From NCBI GenBank assembly GCA_039545335.1, contig BCIN01000005.1, forward strand, positions 496,001 to 560,000: a stretch of 64,000 nt of DNA. The letters run 5' to 3'. Below, in pieces: positions 13,814 to 24,005 of the stretch. The notes under the pieces were generated by a model. It had not been told where the DNA came from. It ran no database searches and saw only the letters and a program-made list of their open reading frames with translations. The DNA is from Kondoa subrosea. Its lineage: Eukaryota. Both the position numbers and the translations under genes were made by a program. Positions within the stretch are counted from its first letter, which is position 1. Every line of letters starts with the position of its first letter.

Positions 13814-16294
13814 ATGGAAGTAACTCCTCAAGCTCAAAAGGCGGAATCCCTCGATGGAGATCATCATATCAATCTTCCAGAGCACGCAGCGCGCACGCAG
13901 AAGGGTGTAGCCGAAGTAGAGGCAGTCAATGCTGTGTGGGACAAGAAATCTAAAGCTTTCCTTTTCTTTGGGTGAGTTTGCTTTTCGATTTTCAAGCGGG
14001 AATTTTTAATCTGATAAGAACTTTTCTCTCTTAGAATCGCTTGTATCGCGTACATCTACTCCTTAGATGGCTCGTGAGTGTTTTCCTACTCTTTCGAAGC
14101 TATATACTAATGATCTAGAGCAGAACAACATATCGTAAGGTTTGAGCCAATCAGCTTGCAGCAGCTCTGATTTGGGACCGAAACAGAGTACCAATCTTTT
14201 GCTACCTCTTCTTTCTCTCTTCATTCCACTCTCTCCACCATCTCAGTTGTTCAAGCGATAATTTTAGCAGTTTCAAAGCCTATTTCGGCCAAGATCGCAG
14301 ATGTTTTTGGTAGAGCTGAAGCTTTCATCGTCGCTGTCATACTCTATGTTGTCGGTTATATCGGTATGTCTCCCTCTCCATTTGAGTGCCGGGGCTGACT
14401 TGGCTTTCAGTTGTCGCGTCTTCTTCTGGCATCACTAGCTATGCCGCAGGCGCGGTTATATATTAGCAAGTGCCTGTTTGCAAATAGCTCGTTGCTGACG
14501 CTGACAATTCTGTGCAGTATGGGCTACGCAAGTGTGCAAATCCTGGTACAGGTAAACTAATCTATCTCCTCAATCAACCTGGGCTAAGTCAACGCCTGCA
14601 GATTGTTATTGCCGATGTCACCACTCTTCGATGGAGGACGTTCATCTCTGCCCTCGCTTCTGCTCCATTCTTCATCAATGCTTTCGTCAGCGCGAACATT
14701 GCAGCTGGAGTTTTGCCAAACTGGAGATGGGTCAGTAATATTCCATGTGAACAATGAGTCATACTGATTCACATATAGGGTTATGCTATGTTCGCGATCA
14801 TCATTCCAGCTGGTGCGGCGCCGATCATCCTGACGCTTCTTTGGGGTCAACACAAGGTAAGTTCCAAGCGCAAGACTGGATTACCGTTAATCAATCTTTT
14901 GTAGGCCAAGAAATTGGGTCTATCAGCAACTGACTATCAAAACAACAATATTGCCGCAGATCAAAATCATCATTTATCTATTCCAAAGCGGTTCATCCAA
15001 GCTATGATCGAAATCGATGCTATTGGACTCCTTTTGATTGGCTTCGCTCTAGCTTTGATCCTCGTTCCTCTTACCATTACCAATAGCGGAGCAAGTGGAT
15101 GGGATTCACCTTCCGTTATCGCTATGCTGGTTTGCGGTTTCGTGATTTTGGGTATTACGATTGCCTATGAAGGATGGTTTGCAAAGGTGAGCATGCATTA
15201 CTAGTGTCGTTTGCCTTCAAACTGACCCTTTATTGAAAGTTCCCTGCTGTCCCTGGCCGGTTCATGCGCAATCCTACTGTCTTGGCTGCTTGCACTATCG
15301 CGCTCTTCGACTTTATTTCTTTCTATCTCCAGTTTACCTATCAATGTGAGTCAGAATTGGTACTCCGTGACTCCTACTGACTTTCTTTTGCATAGATTCT
15401 TTCATCTACATTACTCGCTTCCCCGAATGGTCAATCAAAGATTTAGGCTATTTCGCGAACGTGAGTTGCTTGCTCGATATGAGATTCGCTGCTGATCATC
15501 CTATAGACGCAATCACTGGCCTTGACCTTCTTTGCTATCTTTGCTGGCGTTTATATTCTTATCTTCAAGCGATTAAAGGTAAGCTTCAAATACTTATAAC
15601 CCGCTTGATACTCATTTCGATCCAGGTCCTACTCTTCGTCGGTCTGGCTATCCGTCTTCTAGGTGTTGGCTTGATGATACATGCTCGCGGTGCAAAGTGA
15701 GCCATACCGTATCAAGTTGTACACTGCTGATGGTCAATCGCAGCGGATCTACTGCTGAGTTGGTCATTGTACAAATCATTCAAGGCGCTGGAGGAGGAAT
15801 CGCGGCCGGAGCAACTCAAACTGCCGCACAAGCTGTTGTGCCGCATCAAGATCTTTCTGCTGTTACTGCAGTGTACTTGTTGTTTGCCGAAGTAGGGGGA
15901 GCTATCGGTACCGCTATTGCAGGAGCTATTTGGAGGAATAGTGAGTACCTAGGATATGCTGTCAACATCTGCTAATATAAGTTTAGCCATGCCTAATCAA
16001 CTCGATCAACGCTTGTCTGGACTACTGGATCAAGCGACTATCGATTCCATCTTTGGCTCCATCACTACAGCAGCCGCATATCCTCGCGGTCAACCTATCT
16101 TTGAAGGCATTCGCGCTGCATACACCAGAGTCATGGAACTGATCCTCATTCCAGCAACGGTGCTTGCAGTCATTCCTCTGATTGCTGTCTTCTTTATCAA
16201 GAACTTGCCTTTGGGCAACGTGCGCAACGTGGTGGAAGATGAAGACGTGGCTTCGCTGGATTCGAGGACGTCTGATAGGAAGGACAAATATTAG
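13814..16294 (+). CDS. Siderophore-iron transporter, MFS ARN/SIT family
   Basis: GVAEVEAVNAVW, KPISAKIADVFGRAE, IVIADVTTLRWR, QIIQGAGGG...QAVVPHQDLSAVTA...EVGGAIGTAIAGAIW; many introns, one GC-AG at 14466-14517. Confidence 0.9.
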
Positions 16295-16799
16295 AGATGT
16301 GTGGTAATGGGATAATCGAACAGAGGAAATGGATCTCATAGGATTCAGCTGAAACTCCTAACGAGCGAAGTACAGCATTGCAGTACAATTTGTGGTGCAG
16401 AGGCTTGCTACTTTGTACAGCTGGGTGCGAAAGCAATGTAAACATGCTCGTTCACAACTTAAAGACGAGCAGCTCTCTTGTCTAGAATCATCCACTGCCC
16501 TGTCTTATAGCAGCTCTCCTATGGAAACAGCTATGAAATTCCTGGCAGCAATCCCATCGCGATCCTCTTCCTCCCTGGACACATGGAGTAAGTGCAATTG
16601 TTTGCATTGCTGAAACTCCTTGGCTAATCCTGTCGAGCTCTCAACAGGTCACTCGATCGATCAGATGGGAGAGCCAGGACAGACGTGAAGGGGCCCGTCG
16701 TGAGCGGAAGCAACCACATCCGTTCTGCATGGTGCTCTCCCTTCTGAGATAGATCTGGGAACAAAGACTGGCTAATCCAGGTCTCCCGAGATCTCCATA

Positions 16800-16880
16800 T
16801 GGACGACATGGACAACTGGACGACATGAACGATTGGACAACTATGGACGACTGGACAACTGGACGACTGGACGACTACGA
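16800..16880 (+). repeat. Imperfect tandem repeat of TGGAC(G/A)AC-like units (second copy 20094-20174)
   Basis: tggacgacatggacaactggacgacatgaacgattggacaactatggacgactggacaactggacgactggacgac. Confidence 0.75.
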
Positions 16881-17704
16881 CACAGCAAGGGGAACAAGCT
16901 CTCTTCTCGGCNAAGGGAAGCGCTGCTCTCTTCTCAGTAACCCTTCTGCTTGTTCTTTTCTAGCTTTGTTCCTTCTCGGACAGACGTCTGCATATGGTAA
17001 CAGAGATATAGCATAACCAAAAAGACGCAAGAGCAAAGCAGTCGTTCTATCAAATCCTACCATGACTGCTTATTCACGAGTAAACTGAGTGTGATGATAG
17101 CTGATCAGCTCACTGCGCGTATACCTGATGTGGAATCGAGTGGAAGTTGAAGACAGAAAGCCAGACATTGAAATGCCCCTTGACCTCGAACGAAGATTCA
17201 GCGTCGATATCTTGGCCACTGGTACATCACGTGCTATCTCTGGCTGTGCTGTGTATGCGCAATAAATGAAGACTGCAGACAGGTCGAATTCGCTGTCGTT
17301 GCAGGAGTCTATTGAACTTTCAGCTCCTGAAGAACATCGTTGGAACTCAGACTATGCGCAACGAAGATACAATGACCGTTGCTGTTGACTACTGCTGAGA
17401 ACTTGGGCTTTGCTTTTATTTCCCACCACTGCCTGCGAATTCTTGACTCTGACCAAATGATGCTTCTGATGCAATTCATATCAATGGCTAGCTCGATTAG
17501 ATGTATCCTTTTGAACCTCTCACCCTGAATCGCCGAGCATCTTTCGTTTCCCGAGCTGGTCTTGCATGACATTTTCTGAACGTTTCTCATCCATCAATCA
17601 ATACCTATCTCTAACTATCTATGTCGGGACTCATCTGTAATCGTAACATGACCCTGTCCACAACCCATTACGTGCAACACCCCCATGCAAAAAAGTAGCA
17701 AAAA

Positions 17705-17856
17705 CGACCACCCATAGGATTGAACTACTGGAAGGATGTCAGGTATGAAACCACTTTGTGTGCAGACAGGTAACTCACTGGACCTCCCGATTAACAGTCG
17801 GACGCTCTAACCAGCTCTGAAAGAGGATATGGGTTAGGGATGCGCTAGAAAGAAAA
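17705..17856 (-). pseudogene. 5'-truncated copy of the intron-split tRNA-Asn gene (exons 2-3 only)
   Basis: Identical to 20999-21150: exon 3 17705-17727, intron 17728-17778, exon 2 17779-17816. It breaks off inside intron 1 at 17856, so exon 1 and the GT donor are missing. Confidence 0.8.
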
Positions 17857-19592
17857 TTTCGATGCTTTGCTACTCGTTCTTCCTACCGTTACCAATAGCG
17901 GAGCAACTGGTCGGGATTTGCCTTCCGTTATTGCTATGTTGGTATGCGGTTTCGTGATTTTGGGTATCACGATTGTCTATGAAGGCTGGTTTGCGAAGGT
18001 GAGCGTTCATTACTAGTGTCTTTTGTCTTTCAAACTAACCCTTTATTGAAAGTTCCCTGCTGTTCCTGGACGATTCATGCGCAATCCTACTGTCTCGGCT
18101 GCTTGCACTATCGCGCTATTTGACTTCATTTCTTTCTATCTACAATTCACCTATCAATGCGAGCTAGAAATTGGTACTTTGTATCTCATGCTGACTCTTA
18201 TATAGATTCTTTCATCTACATTACTCGCTTCCCAGAATGGTCAATCAAAGACTTAGGCTATTTCGCAAACGTGAGTTGCGTGCTTCGAAGGAGAATCAAC
18301 GCTGATGATCCGATAGACGCAATCACTGGCCTTGACCTTCTTTGCAATCTTTGCTGGCGTTTATATTCTTATCTTCAAGCGATTAAAGGTAAGCTTCGAA
18401 GACCTGTGTTTCGCTCGGTACTCATTTTGATGTAGGTTCTACTCTTCGTCGGTCTGGCTATCCGTCTTCTTGGTGTTGGCTTGATGATACATGCTCGTGG
18501 TGCAAAGTGAGCTATACCTTATCAAGCTGTACACTGTTGATGGTCAACCGCAGCGGATCTACTGCTGAGTTGGTTATCGTACAAATCATTCAAGGCGCTG
18601 GAGGAGGCATCGCGGCTGGAGCAACTCAAACTGCTGCTCAAGCTGTTGTACCGCATCAAGATCTTTCTGCTATCACTGCAGTGTACTTGTTGTTTGCCGA
18701 AGTAGGGGGAGCTATCGGTACCGCTATTGCAGGAGCTATTTGGAGGAATAGTGAGTTCCTAAGATATACTCTGTCAATATCTGCTAATGTGAAGCTAGCT
18801 ATGCCTAATCAACTCGATCAACGTTTGTCTGGATTATTGGATCAAGCGACTATCGATTCCATCTTTGGCTCCATTACTACAGCAGCAGCATATCCTCGCG
18901 GTCAATCTATCTTTGAAGGCATTCGCGCTGCATACACCAGAGTCATGGAATTGATCCTCATTCCAGCAACGGTGCTCGCAGTCAGGACCCGGGACTAAGC
19001 GGTTTGAGGTTATTTTTTTTCTGGGCCACTTTTCGAGCGAAATTTTGGATTTCTTGTTACCGTTTGGGCCACTTTTGAGCCTCGTTTGGGTCAGGTTATT
19101 GCAGATTTGGGCCAGTTTTTGGATTGGAATTTCGGTCAAAGGGCAAGTTTATTGCCTTCAGCGCTACAATTTGTACCCTTCAAACTCCGTCACGTCTGAA
19201 CTCCCCAGCGAGTCATGAACGACTTGCGCTCGAGGGACAACGACGACAAGGAGGAACATTTTTTTAAGATTTTCGATAATTTTGGCCCGATTACGTAATT
19301 TTTGTCCGCCTACCTTGTTAGTACACCGGGCCACTTTTGCGAGCGATTTTTGAAAGGTTGTTACCCCTTTTGGGCCAGTTTTGAAAGGCTTTTGGCGCGG
19401 ATTTTGGGCCAGTTTTGGGTGCTGCTGGGAAACAACCTTGAACCGCTTAGTCCGGGGTCCTTCGCAGTCATTCCTCTTATTGCTGTCTTCTTCATCAAGA
19501 ACTTGCCTTTGGGCGACGTGCGCAACGTGGTGGAAGATGAAGACGTGGCTTCGCTGGACTCCAGGACGTCCGATAGGAAGGACAAGGATTAG
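17857..19592 (+). pseudogene. Diverged 3' fragment of the siderophore transporter, 5'-truncated and MITE-disrupted
   Basis: Homologous to ~15043-16294 with many substitutions; no 5' half; one donor changed gtgagt->gcgagc; 478-bp insertion in the last exon. Confidence 0.85.
18984..19461. mobile_element. Non-autonomous DNA transposon (MITE), 478 bp, ~32-bp imperfect TIRs, 8-bp TSD
   Basis: Left end AGGACCCGGGACTAAGCGGTTTGAGGTTATTT; reverse complement of right end AGGACCCCGGACTAAGCGGTTCAAGGTTGTTT. TSD TCGCAGTC at 18976-18983 and 19462-19469; the empty site is present once in the intact gene near 16165. Confidence 0.9.
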
Positions 19593-19661
19593 AGATGTGT
19601 GGTAATGGGATAATCGAACAGAGGAAATGGATCTCATAGGAGCTGAAACTCCTAACGAGCC

Positions 19662-21150
19662 AAGTACAGCATTGCAGTACAATTTGTGGTGCAGAGGCTT
19701 GCTACTTTGTACAGCTGGGTGCGAAAGCAATGTAAACATGCTCGTTCACAACTTAAAGACGAGCAGCTCTCTTGTCTAGAATCATCCACTGCCCTGTCTT
19801 ATAGCAGCTCTCCTATGGAAACAGCTATGAAATTCCTGGCAGCAATCCCATCGCGATCCTCTTCCTCCCTGGACACATGGAGTAAGTGCAATTGTTTGCA
19901 TTGCTGAAACTCCTTGGCTAATCCTGTCGAGCTCTCAACAGGTCACTCGATCGATCAGATGGGAGAGCCAGGACAGACGTGAAGGGGCCCGTCGTGAGCG
20001 GAAGCAACCACATCCGTTCTGCATGGTGCTCTCCCTTCTGAGATAGATCTGGGAACAAAGACTGGCTAATCCAGGTCTCCCGAGATCTCCATATGGACGA
20101 CATGGACAACTGGACGACATGAACGATTGGACAACTATGGACGACTGGACAACTGGACGACTGGACGACTACGACACAGCAAGGGGAACAAGCTCTCTTC
20201 TCGGCNAAGGGAAGCGCTGCTCTCTTCTCAGTAACCCTTCTGCTTGTTCTTTTCTAGCTTTGTTCCTTCTCGGACAGACGTCTGCATATGGTAACAGAGA
20301 TATAGCATAACCAAAAAGACGCAAGAGCAAAGCAGTCGTTCTATCAAATCCTACCATGACTGCTTATTCACGAGTAAACTGAGTGTGATGATAGCTGATC
20401 AGCTCACTGCGCGTATACCTGATGTGGAATCGAGTGGAAGTTGAAGACAGAAAGCCAGACATTGAAATGCCCCTTGACCTCGAACGAAGATTCAGCGTCG
20501 ATATCTTGGCCACTGGTACATCACGTGCTATCTCTGGCTGTGCTGTGTATGCGCAATAAATGAAGACTGCAGACAGGTCGAATTCGCTGTCGTTGCAGGA
20601 GTCTATTGAACTTTCAGCTCCTGAAGAACATCGTTGGAACTCAGACTATGCGCAACGAAGATACAATGACCGTTGCTGTTGACTACTGCTGAGAACTTGG
20701 GCTTTGCTTTTATTTCCCACCACTGCCTGCGAATTCTTGACTCTGACCAAATGATGCTTCTGATGCAATTCATATCAATGGCTAGCTCGATTAGATGTAT
20801 CCTTTTGAACCTCTCACCCTGAATCGCCGAGCATCTTTCGTTTCCCGAGCTGGTCTTGCATGACATTTTCTGAACGTTTCTCATCCATCAATCAATACCT
20901 ATCTCTAACTATCTATGTCGGGACTCATCTGTAATCGTAACATGACCCTGTCCACAACCCATTACGTGCAACACCCCCATGCAAAAAAGTAGCAAAAACG
21001 ACCACCCATAGGATTGAACTACTGGAAGGATGTCAGGTATGAAACCACTTTGTGTGCAGACAGGTAACTCACTGGACCTCCCGATTAACAGTCGGACGCT
21101 CTAACCAGCTCTGAAAGAGGATATGGGTTAGGGATGCGCTAGAAAGAAAA
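19662..21150. repeat. Copy B of the ~1.49-kb identical segment
   Basis: Matches 16368-17856 at offset 3294. Confidence 0.9.
20983..20998 (-). terminator. Pol III-type oligo(T) terminator (T5-GCTAC-T6) directly after the tRNA 3' end
   Basis: Minus strand reads ...GGTGGTCG TTTTT GCTAC TTTTTT. Confidence 0.7.
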
Positions 21151-21178
21151 CAGTTGGTAACCCACGAGCTAGGCAGTC
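20999..21178 (-). tRNA. tRNA-Asn(GTT) gene in three exons separated by two spliceosomal-type GT-AG introns
   Basis: Exons 21178-21166, 21110-21073 and 21021-20999 join to GACTGCCTAGCTCAGCTGGTTAGAGCGTCCGACTGTTAATCGGGAGGTCCATAGTTCAATCCTATGGGTGGTCG (74 nt). Acceptor GACTGCC/GGTGGTC, D stem GCTC/GAGC, anticodon stem TCCGA/TCGGG with loop CT-GTT-AA, T stem CATAG/CTATG with loop TTCAATC, discriminator G. Confidence 0.9.
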
Positions 21179-22212
21179 NATGAAATAAAGCGAAATTTCA
21201 AAGACAAACATATATCTGCAATAAGTTTTCTGTAAGACATTTTTTGCCCTACTCAGCCGCGCGGATGTTATATGTGTAACATGACCCACGAATGAGTGCG
21301 ACGATAGGGCGGTGTGTTGGGCGCGGAGCGCGTACAGTAGTTGTCGACGGTAGCCTACTGCATAGCCAATCGAGAATCTCGTTTCATCATTGGATCATCG
21401 TCGGGTATTTGTACTTAGATTTAGAGCGTAGTCACTGCTGGATGCCTTAGTACTCCATGAGACCTGGCAAAGATAATCCGAATCTCGTTTCTCATTCGAA
21501 GGTCGAGCAATAACCTTGGCTGCTGACATCGATTCTCTTGCCTGAAGTCTCTGCTCTATCTTCAGTCTTTTGTGCTAGAAGGGCTCGTCGAAGAAGCTGT
21601 CCTGCATCTTCGATGAATGTTGGCTATTGCCCGAACTCGGACTGAGTTTCTTCTCTGATGTACTCCGGGCAACTGAGCGCAATCTCCTGTCATTATGCTA
21701 GTGACTAGTCTACCTGTTGACAAGAGTTCTACCTTGTCATGCAACGCAAACGTGCCAGTGAAGGTCAAACTCTTCCAGTGTTTCGGCAAATGGACTGCCT
21801 TCTTACTTGCATGCTCAATCCTGATTTTATATCTCATGACATTGCGACGCCTTATATACCGCAACAGATTTCGAACCGCTCAACGAACGGGAACTTTGGT
21901 GATGGCAGTGCTGCTGGCATATGTATGTCGAGGTCGCGCTTGACCTTTACTCGGGCAACACGGCAAAGCGAGGGCGCTGTTCGAGGCACTGCAACGCTGT
22001 AACGCTTTAACAAGATCCCCAAATACTTCCGAAAGTCAACAAGAACGCGTTCCAAATTTAATGAAGACCTATATCTATATGTAGACTCGAAGAACAACAA
22101 TACATCCAGTTTTAGACTCGAACCTCTTCTTCTTTTCTTCTTCATTCCCTCTCTTTTCCCAACTCACTTGTCTCACACTCACCACACTCTTTTATTCTAC
22201 CACAGTATAACA

Positions 22213-23561
22213 ATGGCTCGCATTACTTTCGCTCTTCTTTTCATTGCCTGCGCCCTCTCTATGGCTTCAAGTAAGTTTCAGTCTGAGCACGATCCTACTG
22301 CGCTAACTCTGTCTTACAGACGTCTCTGCTGCTCCAATCGATAGCAATATGCTCGTTGCTCGCGCTGGACACGTGTCGAGCAAAGTCACCTCGAGCGTTG
22401 CTATGCCTGAAAAGACTGCTCACCACAAGGAATCTCACAAGAAGGAACACAAGAAAGAGAAGCACCACAAAGGTCAATCTACGAGCTTTCTCCCCGCGAG
22501 CTTTAACTGACATTCTCGTTTTAGAACATGAACATAAACACACCAAAGGCGATGGTGAAGATGCCAAGAAACACCACCATACTGCTCGCGCAGTAGAAGA
22601 GAAGCATCACAAGGAGGAAAAGCACTCGAAGCATCATCACAAAGGTTTGTCATGTTCTCGCCTTGAAAGCTTTTGATTCTGATCCCGCAATAGAACACTC
22701 TGAAAAGTCTGGTGAAGAGAAGAAGCATCATCATGTTGCTCGCGCTGAAGAGCACGAGCACAAAGGCGAAAAGGAAGAGCACAAAAAGGAACATCACAAA
22801 GGTGTTTTTCCTTATCTTGCCCAGAATCACCTCTAACTCATTTTTCTTTTGTAGAGCACAAAGGTTTGTCTGCTCACAGACTTGAGCAGCACCTCTGACA
22901 TTTGCTATCTCTGCAGAACACCACAAACACGGCAAGGACAAGACTGGTACAGAGCGCAGATCTGAACCTGAAGAACACAAGAAGCACGAAGGGCACGAAC
23001 ACAAGCATTCTTCTTCCACTGTACACTCTTCGACTGTCCATTCTTCCGCTCAGGCTTCAGCTACGCCAGTCCCTGCATCCACTTGCAAACAAGTTACGAC
23101 CAACAAGTATGACAAAACCTATTCCAACATGTCTGGCGAAGCTACTTTATCTGAAGTCTCTGTATGTTTTCGCTTGTTCAATAGCCTTACGTTTTTAAAT
23201 TAGCGGTTTGCCAGTACAACACTGAAAAGTACAAGACCTTGAAGTCCTTCTACGAGGCTTGGAGAGCTGAGTGCATCTCAATCGTCGGACCTGAGAACAT
23301 GCACCACCGGGTTGCTTTCGAACCGGAGCATGGAGAAGGTAAGTCTGGCCTTGTGTTTTCATCTCAAAGCTTATTTCGATCGCCAGGTCATGTTGAGGCC
23401 GCTTGCTACGGACAGCAGAAGGATGCTCAAGGTCACTGGCACAAGGATTCTCCTCTCGTAAGTTCAGATGCTCTTGTCCACGAACGTGTACTGATTGCAA
23501 GCTTTCACAGACTGACCGAACTGCTCAAGTCATCAAGGGTATGGGCTTGAACTGTGCTTGA
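22213..23561 (+). CDS. Secreted His/Lys/Glu-rich protein with a small Cys-containing C-terminal domain
   Basis: Signal-like MARITFALLFIACALSMAS, then exons such as TAHHKESHKKEHKKEKHHK, EEKHHKEEKHSKHHHK and EEKKHHHVARAEEHEHK. The model needs a 9-nt exon (22855-22863) and probably a 5-nt exon (23157-23161). Confidence 0.7.
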
Positions 23562-24005
23562 TCCATTAGCGCTGGATCGCTATAGCTTAACGGACACTTT
23601 GTGCTTCTTTTTTATGGACATTCTGGCTTGCATTGTTATACTATTGGTCATTTTTTTGCTTTCCCTAATCGACGCTTGTCGAGCATATCTGTATTGATGA
23701 AAGCAGCATGGAGTAAGCAGCAGCAAACTCAGATGAAAGCTGGGCGGTTTCTGAATATCGATCGACGGAATGAATTGTTGATTAATAGCAACAAGAACAC
23801 TTTAACAATCGCTTGAACGGTGATAGCGAACGCAGGCGAAGAATCCACACAGACAGCGAAACAGAAAGGCCAAAACGGAAGAGAAGAATTGATCAAGGCA
23901 AGCGACAGTAACGAATAGATCATAATTGGCCAATACACCAGGCGCAATCTCAAAGAAGTTTGTCCACAAACTATTGTAGGTCAGCAACATGCTAGAGAAC
24001 AGTAA

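Larger units (their letters stand above)
16368..17856. repeat. Copy A of a ~1.49-kb segment identical by eye to 19662-21150 (offset 3294)
   Basis: Sequence and ORF track are identical at offset 3294, including an N at 16912 and 20206. Confidence 0.9.

Noticed and set aside
16800..16880. Short repeats as a CRISPR array or telomeric repeat
   Set aside because: Units of 8-10 bp with no unique spacers, in a eukaryotic internal location, and not TTAGGG-like.
16392..17590. Short ORFs in the duplicated segment (and their copies at 19686-20884)
   Set aside because: No recognisable motifs; they recur only because the DNA is duplicated.
21022..21165. tRNA inserts as canonical SEN/BHB-type tRNA introns
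   Set aside because: They are not at 37/38, I see no bulge-helix-bulge pairing, and both carry a full set of spliceosomal signals exactly at the junctions.
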